A stretch of 44,357 nucleotides of DNA, the filler included, from Jimgerdemannia flammicorona (taxonomy: Eukaryota): NCBI GenBank assembly GCA_003990765.1. It is 2 parts of 2 records of this genome, joined end to end, with 100 filler letters (N's around TTAATTAATTAA, not from the genome) between each part and the next. Parts side by side here need not be neighbours in the genome. Positions count along the whole stretch, not along the records: positions 1 to 22,131 come from RBNJ01001330.1; positions 22,232 to 44,357 come from RBNJ01001331.1. The stretch is one strand, 5' to 3'. The number at the start of each line of letters is the position of its first letter. The first letter of the stretch is position 1. The notes beneath the pieces are model-generated. The model was not told where the DNA came from. It saw nothing but the letters and a program-made list of their open reading frames with translations, and ran no database searches. The translations under genes and the position numbers were made by a program. Of this stretch, positions 12,060 through 22,329 are shown piece by piece.

Positions 12060-13290
12060 GCTTGATTCTATTATACAGTCATACTTATTACTTAATATAG
12101 TTTAGTTTTAATATATATTAGAGAGCCAGAGAGGTCAAGGTTATGTTCTGTTTCAAAAACTCAGCTAGAGCATATATCCTCTTATCACTAATACTATTGA
12201 CTGAGAAATGAATAAAAGGAGATGAATAAATATATACATCATAAGCTTGATTCTATTATATAGCTATACTCATTACTTCATATAGTTCTGATATATCTTT
12301 ATATTTATTTCAAAGACTTAACTAGAGTATATATATAAAATAAATTAAAACTAATATTTTTTGAAAGCTCTAGGGTTACTAAATTATTAGTTATAATATA
12401 AATTTAATAGAACTCATATTTAAGCTATAATAAAATGAAATAATAATAATAAGATGACATTTAATCACTTTTGTTCCTCACTGTATCTAATAGTAAATTC
12501 ATACTATATCTTAATATAATATGAGAACAAATATAGTTTCTTTGTCTTAATAGATCTGCTTTTTTCAATATTTAGTATATTATTATAGAGCTAATATTAA
12601 TATATATTTTGCTATCATCTTTACTACCATCTTTACTATATCTTTAAGTTATTTTACTATTATTTATTTTATCTATTATTATTTGACAAATGATCCATAT
12701 CTTATTATAAATAGAAAGCTTATATAGGTGGTCTTATTTCATATACTTTTTTGATATTAATATACTTGATCTTTTATATATATTTTATAGTTACTATACC
12801 AATCTTTATTTATTATATAATCTGTTAATTTTCTTATCAAACTTTAACTTACTGATAATATAATTTCAGATATCAGTAGACAACCTTTTTATTATTTAAA
12901 AGAAGTTAAAATAGTATAGAGAGATAGAGGATATTAAAATAAATATATAGAAAGAATTTTAAATATTTAGCTCTATTATAAAATAAATTATGGTATAAAG
13001 AATATTAAGATAATAGTAAGAAACAAAAATGAGCTTATGATTAATTTAACTTTAAATAGTAATAACTATATAATTAATTAATCAAATATAGATAAATTAT
13101 ATATTTTCTAAAAAGTATATAATTACTTTATTATTAGTTAAAATATCAATTTAATAATATTTATATTTAAATTATAATAAATTTATAAAATAATAATTAT
13201 ATAATATTGACCTATTTTTATCTCTCACTATATTTCATATTCTTTAAGAACTTTCTTTATTAAAAGAAGTTGATACTAAAATAGCTATAT

Positions 13291-13720
13291 ATATATATAT
13301 ATATATATATTTATAAGTCTTATGAACTTCCAATTTATTATCTAACTATCTAAAATATATTGCTAATATATATGTGCCCTTCATCCAATCTCACTTAAAA
13401 AGTCTCTCTCCCCCTCACTATTATTTTAAAACACTACTCTCCACTCTTGCTACCCTAATTCTCTTTCTGCTCTTTATATAAATTGTCTTACCACTTATTC
13501 AATATGTATATCCAATATCAGCCATTCTCATTTAGCTACTCTTCTCCCCAGTTGTAGCCTTCAATCCTTCTCAAATACTGAAAGCCAATATTCAGCTATG
13601 CTAACCCAGATTGCCAGCACTCATCCTAATGTCAGCCACTCATCTCCCACTCCCCCCACTATCCTCCTTTGGAGATTGCCCCACCTCCCTCCAGCCTCTG
13701 GTCCTGGTGAGTATATCCCT
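13291..13720 (-). mobile_element. Short GC-richer insertion with a (TA)n end, probably a truncated non-LTR fragment
   Basis: Direct repeat ctaaaatagctatata at 13276 and 13721 flanks a C-rich, CpG-poor segment inside very AT-rich DNA. Confidence 0.5.
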
Positions 13721-14399
13721 CTAAAATAGCTATATATATATAACTGACAGCAGACCAGAAGTGATCAAACTCAAAGAGATTGAGACTGATCTTGAGAACT
13801 TATAGCTGTAAATTAGCTAACAAGATATCATCTAAATTCTAATAAGTAGTTAAATAATAATATTATAAACAAGTATATTAAATAGTATATATTTAAAATT
13901 TTATATTTAATAATCTGCATATATTATTAGAGTCTATTTATTTATTTATTTTCCATTTTATCAGATACATATGATACTTAATAGTTATTCAACTAACTTA
14001 TAATCTTTTTTTTCTCTTCTGATGAACAAAACACTAATCTTCTCAAGAACAGATTTTTATTGATTTCAATCAATCAGAAAGAGTAAATATATGTTGATGT
14101 TTTATTTTTCCATCAATAAAAATATATAAAAATAGTCATTTATATTAACTAAATACTATCTATAATATTACAGCATACATTGATTCTTAGTAGTTCTTTG
14201 TAACATGCATTCATTACTTGATACAACTCTGTCAGAAGATCCATTGCAAAGGTTGGTATCAAATATACAAGATTTTTAGACTTGGAATTGCATCCCTATA
14301 ATCGAGATAACACCCAAACCATTGGTAGAGTATGGCCATCATGGCAGAGGCAAGAGCATTGCCAAAAGTTTTTTGACATAAACCCTTTTTATTTTTTGG

Positions 14400-14752
14400 A
14401 TCCCATATTTGATTATGGAGCCATCCGAGTTGCATCCCTTCCCTCTCATCCACTAGTGTTATGTCCGTCGCCACTGTGAACCCCAAAATATGGCTAGAAA
14501 TTGCCCCGCCATGGCCTACTATACTACCCAATCTACATCTTGATCAACATTCTCAATTCGCAATTGCCACCCATGTCTGTCTGCAAGTTCACTTTTGACG
14601 GCACTGCCATTGACAATTGCGACCTCGAGCGTCTGCTTGAGATCCCCGTCTTCCGCAACATGCGAGAATCATCCTTGCTTGGTTGCAAAAATATTGTCCT
14701 GAAAAGGACCCTACAACAACATCTTGGAGCCGTCCGTCCCTCGACCTCCTGA
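14400..14752 (+). pseudogene. Possible F-box/LRR-type gene fragment
   Basis: SLSSTSVMSVATVNPKIWLEI resembles an F-box C-terminal end. In another frame, FTFDGTAIDNCDLERLLE...LLGCKNI resembles a Cys-containing LRR. No complete gene model. Confidence 0.25.
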
Positions 14753-15488
14753 TTTTCTCACCGAGCTCAACATGACTCAATGTGAAACACGATCTCAGCC
14801 CATGTTTACGGTGCAGGTGCTATGATATCATCCCCGGATGCGGCGCGAGGTGCAGGAGCCTCGGAGGCGATGCGGTCCGCTCACATTTTGATTGACCTAG
14901 CAACCGCAACAATGGTAATAAAAAAATTTACGCCTCACATCATGCAGGAATCGGGATACGGTAGCAACATACAAATACAATTACTGTCAAACCTACGACA
15001 CTACTTCTATTTCATTCCGTAAGAACTTGCATAGTTTAATTAATGCTGTTCACGCAGTGCTGGTCAATGGGGTGGCACGACGCGCAAAGAAAGTTTGACG
15101 TGCGAGGTAGTCCAAGCCATCAGTACATGAAAGCAAATAATTAGACAGCAGATATTGTCCATCGGCCTCCTCACAACGTGAAATTATCATTACAGCACGA
15201 CCCTACCCCCTCCCTCCCAGAATAACCATGGCGTGCATGGAAATGACAGGTTCAACACGTGGGTAAATCTTCCCATGCGACGAGCGATGGACGATAATTA
15301 AATCATATGTGATGTATCTTGGTGGCTTTAAAACTACATCCCTTTTAGAGCTGAGGCTGAGCCAGGCTCAGAAATAATTTCATGACGCTTCGGTCTGGAC
15401 GCGAGCCAACAAACAATGCAAAGGGGACAAATTTTCGATATTTAAATCCAAGGTAGCCCCACCTATCTGAATTCAACACATCCACACA

Positions 15489-16325
15489 ATGAAATTCATC
15501 CTCCCCATCCTCGCGCTCTGCGCTTCCGCCTCCGTTGCCCTCGGCGACACTTCCTACCACCACACCAATACTTCCTACCACCACACCAACACCTTCCCCG
15601 TCTGCGAAAACGTTCCGTCCCTCATCACGACGACGAACAAGGACATCGACGCCCTCTACAAAACCTCGACCAACTTCTACGCTGCCGGCCGTGTGCTCCA
15701 CACTGTCGTCAAAGGCTATGCGACCTTTACTGGCCGCAAGCTCACAACCAACGTGTTCAATTACCTCCCCGCCAAGCACGTCTTCTCTTTGGCCATCCCC
15801 CAGATCAGGAACTTCGTCACCGCGGCGAGCCACCTCGTCGAGAACGTGATCGACATTGTCGGCATGCTCGAATCCTTCGCCACGAAGTACCCGGAGCTGG
15901 CCGAGGTCGCCGTCTCCATCCGTGCCGCCGTTCGGTCCACCAGCAAGGTCGTCGAGGTCTCCCAGACTCTGATCCTCAACATCGATACCATCGGCACCGT
16001 CGTCGCTACCATGGCCTCCCTGCCCAAGTCGGACTCCATTTACCCGATCACCTATCACGGTAGCGACCATGATATAATTGCCTACCTGCCTCAGTCCCTC
16101 GCGGATTGCAAGGCTGTTGTTGAAGGGCTGGATGGATTGAGGACGTATCTGGTTTACATGAACGAGTATTGTGATCCCAATGGGAAGAGGTTGACGGCCT
16201 CGGAGCTTGAGCGCCTGAAAGTTGTGTTAGGGCATATGGCGCAGGGGGTCGAAAAATTGGTGGCTAGTGGAGGGGTATTGGAGACAGCTTTGGATAACGT
16301 CAGGAAGTCTATCATTGAATTTTGA
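15489..16325 (+). CDS. Secreted protein of unknown function, 278 aa, single exon
   Basis: ATG in caca context. Classical signal peptide MKFILPILALCASASVALG. Strong C-ending codon bias. TATA-like TATTTAAA ~45 bp upstream. Duplicated TSYHHTN follows the signal peptide. Confidence 0.85.
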   Translation: MKFILPILALCASASVALGDTSYHHTNTSYHHTNTFPVCENVPSLITTTNKDIDALYKTSTNFYAAGRVLHTVVKGYATFTGRKLTTNVFNYLPAKHVFSLAIPQIRNFVTAASHLVENVIDIVGMLESFATKYPELAEVAVSIRAAVRSTSKVVEVSQTLILNIDTIGTVVATMASLPKSDSIYPITYHGSDHDIIAYLPQSLADCKAVVEGLDGLRTYLVYMNEYCDPNGKRLTASELERLKVVLGHMAQGVEKLVASGGVLETALDNVRKSIIEF

Positions 16326-17295
16326 TATCCGCAGAGAACGAATACAGGTTTTCTCTCCGAAATATAATTAGGCCTTTGCTTACAATCACGAGTAAGATAA
16401 CTTTGACAAACCTTCCGCGAAATGTTAAATAAACCATTTCCAATTGCGTTGGCGATGACAGCAGCTTTCCATATTGTTGGGTGGCTAATGAAAAAGCCAA
16501 CATTGACATGAATTCCAGATTCTGTGCTTGACATCGCGGGGAAAGAAAACATATCACCTGAGCAAAATCGGCGAGATGGCTGAGCACGTTCGGAACGGAA
16601 ACGGAATCGAACGAACCCCCGAAAATGGCAGGAAACACCACATCCCGCGTTCAATTGAAAGAACCCGAGGAGGACGTGCAAGGTGGATTATACAAGTTAT
16701 GAGATGACGAAACATCTTGGCCCATCCTCCCAGCCGACAGGACCTAGGTTCTCTGCGCTTACGCAGAAAAAAGGCCCAACGTCACCTCGTCATTGTCGCC
16801 ACTATTGTGGCATGTTCCTCTCCGCCATTGGGATTCAAAGCACAGAGTCGGTCCGTGATTGTTGGGGTTTACGCTTAGATTGATAGATTGCTTCTTTGCT
16901 AACATAAGCGGGTAAAACGAAAATTATATTGTGAGTTACAAGACAATCAATAATGTACATGAACTGCACAGGTAAGATATATTTGCGCAGGCTGCAAGAT
17001 CAACGGCCGTTCGTGTAACTACGATACATAATGTTTTGAATATATCTACATCACTGTCTTCGCCTGTGTCGTTTGCCAGGTAAGGATCCGATCATTCGGA
17101 TCGCCCAATAAGGATATCTGGGAGATGGCGTGATTACGTAATTACATTCTTGTGGTTCTACCAGCGTGGTCGAGGGGAAAAGAAAAAAGAAAAAGAAAAA
17201 AGTCTTGGGACGGCCTATTGGTATGGTACAGAATACGACCGTGGATGGGTTTTGCAAAATTTACTAGTCATCACACAAAAAGCGATCTTGACTGT

Positions 17296-17774
17296 TTACT
17301 TCCCTTCCAGGTCCCACAGCAGGGTCCACAGGAAGATGTAGGTAGCAAGGGTAACTACAGTGGTGAGGAGGACCCAGTTCCCACCGGTCTTGAAAGGGGC
17401 GTTGAGGTTGAAGACATCACCAGCGGTGTGGCGCCTCCACACAGCGATGGCGAGCATTGCGGCGCCGAACACGAAGAACGTGATGCCGATGCGGTAGAAC
17501 TCTCGGGTGAAGATCTTGAGGACGAGGAGGCCTGTGGAGAAAGAGGCGAGAGCCGTGCGCCAGTAGGCGCCCTCGAAGGTGCGCTGGCGGGCTGTGAAGG
17601 GTATAGAGTGTCAAGTTAGGGGTTGCAGTTGCAGATGGGTTTTCGAACAAGAGCAGGTGGTTCGGTATGCATGCCTCGAATCTCGAGCAGCTCAGCGTCA
17701 GTGAGCATGACGCTCTGCTTGCGGTGACCACGTATGAGAGTCTCCTCGCGGTGAAGTTGGGCGTTCAACCTCAT
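17296..17774 (-). CDS. DUF202 (YidH-like) membrane protein, 131 aa, 2 exons (17774-17675, 17591-17296), GC-AG intron
   Basis: Spliced product ...ELLEIRARQRTFEGAYWRTALASFSTGLLVLKIF... matches the DUF202 pattern (ARxRTFxxxxRTAL) and is followed by three hydrophobic helices. Branch point CTAAC and CAG acceptor are present. Confidence 0.85.
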
Positions 17775-17941
17775 GGCAGAGAGCAGAGAAAGGGTAGAAG
17801 GGAGTGAGTGAGTGAGCGTGACTGGCGGATTTTGCAATATAACTATAATGTGACGTCACCCTGACACACTAAGACCTTGCTGCAGCGTCTTTATCTCCCC
17901 ATTCCTCTCCTCCCTCTCCCCGCTCCATCTATTCAAAGAAA
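17775..17941. promoter_or_regulatory. Compact bidirectional promoter with a palindromic CRE/ATF site GTGACGTCAC (17850-17859)
   Basis: 167 bp separate the divergent ATGs. The palindrome is almost exactly central, and CT-rich tracts precede each ATG on its own strand. Confidence 0.55.
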
Positions 17942-20900
17942 ATGCTTGACTCGACACCTCAGCTCTCGCACCCCGCCTCTTCTTCCATTGACACAAACGC
18001 ACATAACCCCATCGCCGCAATACTCGTCGTTGGATTCCACCACGCCTTCGGCCCCATCCTTGAGTTTTGTGACCCACCTTTGCCCGACCAGAAACCCCAG
18101 ACCACCCTCTCCAAACTCGACCTTCCGGAGGAATGGAGTTTCTTACCATTCTTGGCGCTTCCTGGTACGCTTTAAATCGCTGGTCTGTTGATGCAAGCTG
18201 CCATAAGAGAATTTCTGGAATGATCGTCCAAGTTTCTTGGGTGTGCCCTGGTATTGTCTCATTCGGTTTCGCCTGTTCCCATAACGAAGACGGTGCCCAC
18301 CAAAGCGACGAAGACTTCGCCTACTTCCATCTACCCCCAGTCCAAGGTTGGTCAGTAGCACAAACGACCTTGTTCGGCGTGTCATGCAACAGACAGATCA
18401 CCGTCAAGGTACCCAAACCTGCTACCCAGCATCAATGAGTGCCCTGAGTTCTCCGGATTGGTCATTTTGCGTGGTGCAGTGTTCGCTCGTCCTTTCCTTT
18501 ACGCCCGACTTCTGCACACTGCAATTATAGGAGCTGAAAGTTACGACGCCCGAGTTCACGCGCACAATCGTCCAGAAGGCCGTTGTTGTCCTTGCGCGAC
18601 AGGTACGTACACGAAGTCTCGCTGTCCAAAACATGTAGCCACGTCATACACTCACTCACCCTTCTTCATAACCCAGCCCATCTTTGGTCCCATCCGCGCG
18701 AAGCTCGCTGTTGTGACAGCGGCATGGTTTGCGCAGGGCGACTTCACGAATACTGATATACTGAACGTATGTAGCCCGCACGAATTCCTGCATTCGCTTC
18801 CGTTTTGACCGTCTGATATGATCAGTTTTCCAAAGTTCTGTCATCGTTTAACTGTCACCATGCCTCTCAAATCCACACAGGGTTTCTACTCAAGCCTCAA
18901 CACGGTCCTGGCGGGAGAGATTGACGACGCTTCGCTCTACATTGGCACGTCGTTGCGTGAGCTTGTCCACAAGTTCAAGTCAAAAACGCTCACGCTCCTC
19001 AAACTGCTGTTGCTAGAGAAGAGGGTGCGTTGTATTCATATGTTCACGAAACCAACCACGCCAACGAGTTTCTGTCTATCGATTGAGTCTCGATGATTTT
19101 CTTGTTGATTGGAGCGACATCGAAAAGCCTAATTTCTTATCATCAAATATTTTATCTATGCAAATCCACACCGCCCCAACTCTTTCTATGCATGCCCGAA
19201 ACCACTTTTTATCAATCACCGTCCAACTAGATCCTATTTTATGGTTATCCCGTCGAGCGCCTTTGCACGCTCCAGTACTCGCTGATATCGCTGATACCTG
19301 GTATGCCATAAACCATTCTCCCAACGTACATTCGCTCTCGGTCATCTGTTTCCGACCGGCTGACCGTTCCAAAACTACCCCAGGCTTGCTTCGGCACCTC
19401 CAGGACTCGGGTGCCCCTGAGCTCGACACCTCCCGCGACAACTTCCGTCTCACGGAGGCACGCGAGCTCAAGAGTGGCGACAAGCAGAGTCTGCTGAGCT
19501 ACATGGGGTTGCCGCTGTACGTCTTTCAGAAGGTGAGCGGAAGGTTACGCGTTGGGACAGAAAGCCAGGCGAGACGATCAAAGGGCGATCTCTGAGCTTA
19601 ACACGCTGTTCATTCCGCTTCGTAGGGCGCTTTCTTCCAACCCTATCTGCCATTGCAGCAGATAGATATTCTCTCGGCCCCGACTACGTCGGCATATCTC
19701 GTCGGCACAACGAACCAGATCTTTTTACATCATAAAGCGGAGATTGGAGTGGATGTACTGGTCAATGTGAGTCATACGTCATGAATATGATGGGTTGGTG
19801 GGTAGAATTGTATTGCTAACTCTGTGCTGCTTCTACCAGGTGGAACAAGGTACGCTCGAGTTCTACAACCAGGGGCTCTCGAGCCTCGTCGGATTGACTA
19901 TGGCCGACCGGCGATGGATGGATAAGATCTTCAAGACCGTGAACGATACGTGGGACGTGAATGGTAGGTACATGGGCATAGAGGTCGGCGTGTTATACAC
20001 AGAACAGATCGTGAGGTCAAGAGACGAGGATGGGTAGAAAACCCATGGGGTGACGAAGAGCACTTGGTGTTTTATTCCCTATCTTCTAGATCCCACCAGA
20101 CCCACCACAAACTCGTACTCAGGCTCCGACGACTTCCTCCGTGCCCGGTTTGAAGAGTACGTTCTCTCGCTCCTCTCCAGCGTCAAGCATGCACAGTCCC
20201 AACAGCAGGGGGCACAGAGTCGCGAAGAGTCGGCAATGCAGATAATGCAGCAGCAACAGCAGCAGGCTGCGGCGGCGGCGGCGTTGGGCGTCGAGGATGG
20301 CGCGTATGAGATCCCTGCGGGACCTGGAGAGAGAGACACGTTGGGAAGTGGGATGGTGGCGGAGAAGGGTAAGTTGTGTGGGTGTAGAGAAGAGGGGGGG
20401 CAATAATTGCATTTTTGTGTGGAATCCTTTGATTAACGTATCACGTTGTTTTGTTTTTTTTGTTGATGTAGAGAAAAACTATTTGACCGATTACAATACC
20501 AACTGGATCACCGCCTGGTACGCGACGAATAACTACAAGGTGTGGGACGATTATACGGATCACGAGATTTATGAGATTGTCGAGCCAGGGTATGTAATCC
20601 CACAATTGTCTGGGGTTTTGTGTAGGTCGTGCCGTCGTACTCGATGCTATGCTTATCATCGAATCGCGTTCTACTTGGCATGAACGCAGACATCCAGGTC
20701 AAGGCAACTTTTCCATTGAAGACATTCAGAACCAGCTGTCAAAGTACGTCCCGTTAAGTGGACATTTCCTAATTTCGATGCCTAACTTTTCGTTCTTTTC
20801 CTCTTCCTCTTACGTTACATACATCCCCCTACCCCAATGCGTACCGTTACCACCCGTCGCTTCGCTTGCTTTACGTCATCACAGGAATTCACCCCTTTTC

Positions 20901-21995
20901 TACATTCCATTTCCACCCACCACCTGAACCCTAATCCTCCTCCCCCCCTCCCGGCTCCCCTTACCCCACACTCGTTTCTCTCCTCCCCTGAACTTGACTC
21001 GGATTTTTTTTGTCTGAACCGAATCGTCCATATTTCTTTTTCTCCCCTCCTCTCCTCCACCAGCCGGTTCAAGGACCTGAACCTAGACCAGAATCTGGCG
21101 CCGCTCAAGCACTCTCTCGGGAAGGCTGTGACGACGGGCGGAGAAAAGCTGTCGCGCGCCGTGACGAACGGGTCCAAGGGGATTGGAAAGGCGATGGAGG
21201 TATTGTGGGCCGAGTTGGAGAAGGGGTTGGATTCGGGGGCGAGTAGTGCGGCGGGGCCGGGTGAGTTTCTCGGATTTGGGTTCCATTTTGGGGTGGATGG
21301 ATGGATGATGTGATGGGTGGTGGGTGGGGGAATACAGGAGTTGTCCTGTGAATTGGTCTCATGACTCGCTATTTTTGCTTGTCGTTGCAGATCGGGAAAA
21401 GGAAAAGAAGAGACGGTCGCTCGGACCAGTGTATAAATCAGAGGTAGGTTTCGGTGCAACGGTATCGCCAGCGGCAACCTATTTACAGTTTGATCCACGT
21501 CAGTCATTTAACATCTCATACCCTCGCGGATCCCAGACCGACCTAAACCGCTCCCCACTCTCAAGCTACCCCCCGCGCCAAATGACGCCGCTCCGAACCT
21601 CCACCTCCAACTCCGCCTCGACCTCGGGCGATGGCACGATTCTGGGCGCCATCAACCTCGAGGCTACCACCCAGCAGGCCGGCAAGCTACTCTCCAATGT
21701 TGGCACCTTTTTCCGCAACCGCCAGCGCGAGATTGCCACCGCTGTCCGCGAGGGATGGGAGCCCGATCGATCCGCTCCAGCCACAGCCTCTGCGCCACCA
21801 CCCTCCAGCAGCAGCGGTAATAACTACGGCAGGCGCGCCGTTTCGCTCCGATTGCCGACAGTGATGCGGCCCGCATCAGGAGCGACACCCGAGTCGCAGG
21901 CGGGATCGAGATCGGTAAACACCAGGAAGACAAACTTGTTGGGGGAAGAGGGGAAGAGGGTTGAGTCAGGAGCGGGCGGCGGGAGAGAAGCCTGA
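17942..21995 (+). CDS. AVL9: Late secretory pathway protein Avl9 (DENN-related), 14 exons: 17942-18164, 18290-18408, 18531-18602, 18677-18766, 18881-19024, 19231-19300, 19384-19532, 19626-19766, 19840-19963, 20090-20368, 20472-20589, 20690-20743, 21064-21260, 21391-21995
   Basis: Avl9 motifs VVGFHHAFGP, LPFLALPDGAH, TLFGVSCNRQI, VQKAVVV, LLLLEKRILFYG, YSLISLIPGL, FQPYLPLQQ and GSDDFLRARFEEY join across GT-AG introns in frame. The 3' exon structure is less certain (possible in-frame 45-nt intron near 21444-21488). Confidence 0.93.
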
Positions 21996-22131
21996 ACGGG
22001 ACCGGCAGAAATCGGCGATGACGTACCCACCGTCACCGCCGAGGGATGGGAGGGCGTAGGTAGGTGGGATTGGGTTGGGGGGATTTTATTATCTGTCGTG
22101 TGGGCGTTCAGTATCTCGCCAGGGTGCTTGC

Positions 22132-22231
22132 NNNNNNNNNNNNNNNNNNNNNNNNNNNNNNNNNNNNNNNNNNNNTTAATTAATTAANNNNNNNNNNNNN
22201 NNNNNNNNNNNNNNNNNNNNNNNNNNNNNNN
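22132..22231. other. Artificial scaffold linker (44 N + TTAATTAATTAA + 44 N)
   Basis: Exactly 100 nt; the central 12-mer gives stops in all six frames. Confidence 0.97.
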
Positions 22232-22329
22232 CTTCCCGATGAAAGACCACTTTGTCTAACACTATCGCCATCCTCCCACCACTCTGCTCACAGATCCTTA
22301 CCACCAGACTGCGACGTCGTCTCCCCTGA

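Larger units (their letters stand above)
3427..12340 (-). pseudogene. Decayed leucine-rich repeat gene (28-aa ribonuclease-inhibitor/NLRC3-like LRRs, one per exon), split by TE insertions; N-terminal part probably continues to ~13.9 kb
   Basis: 84-nt phase-1 exons at 12117-12200 (NSISDKRIYALAEFLKQNITLTSLAL*), 5754-5837 and 3427-3510, plus a 90-nt variant at 3682-3771. Each is preceded by a pyrimidine tract and (C/T)AG. Shorter exon variants lie at ~3878-3943, ~5925-5986 and ~12297-12335; an intact GTATGT donor is at 3877-3872. Reverting transitions gives NSIGDEGAxALAESLKQNTTLTSLxL. Confidence 0.8.

Noticed and set aside
13750..13920. Faint similarity to an N-terminal motif (YPIPRLFIVLP-like) that I recall from LRR proteins of early-diverging fungi
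   Set aside because: Too eroded and needs indels; cannot be supported without a search.
15345..16070. 241-aa minus-strand ORF
   Set aside because: Antisense mirror of the codon-biased secreted protein gene.
20248..20283. PolyQ/polyA run in Avl9
   Set aside because: Ordinary low-complexity insertion in a variable region.
22132..22231. TTAATTAATTAA palindrome within Ns
   Set aside because: Assembly linker. It also means adjacency of the two halves of the window is not guaranteed.
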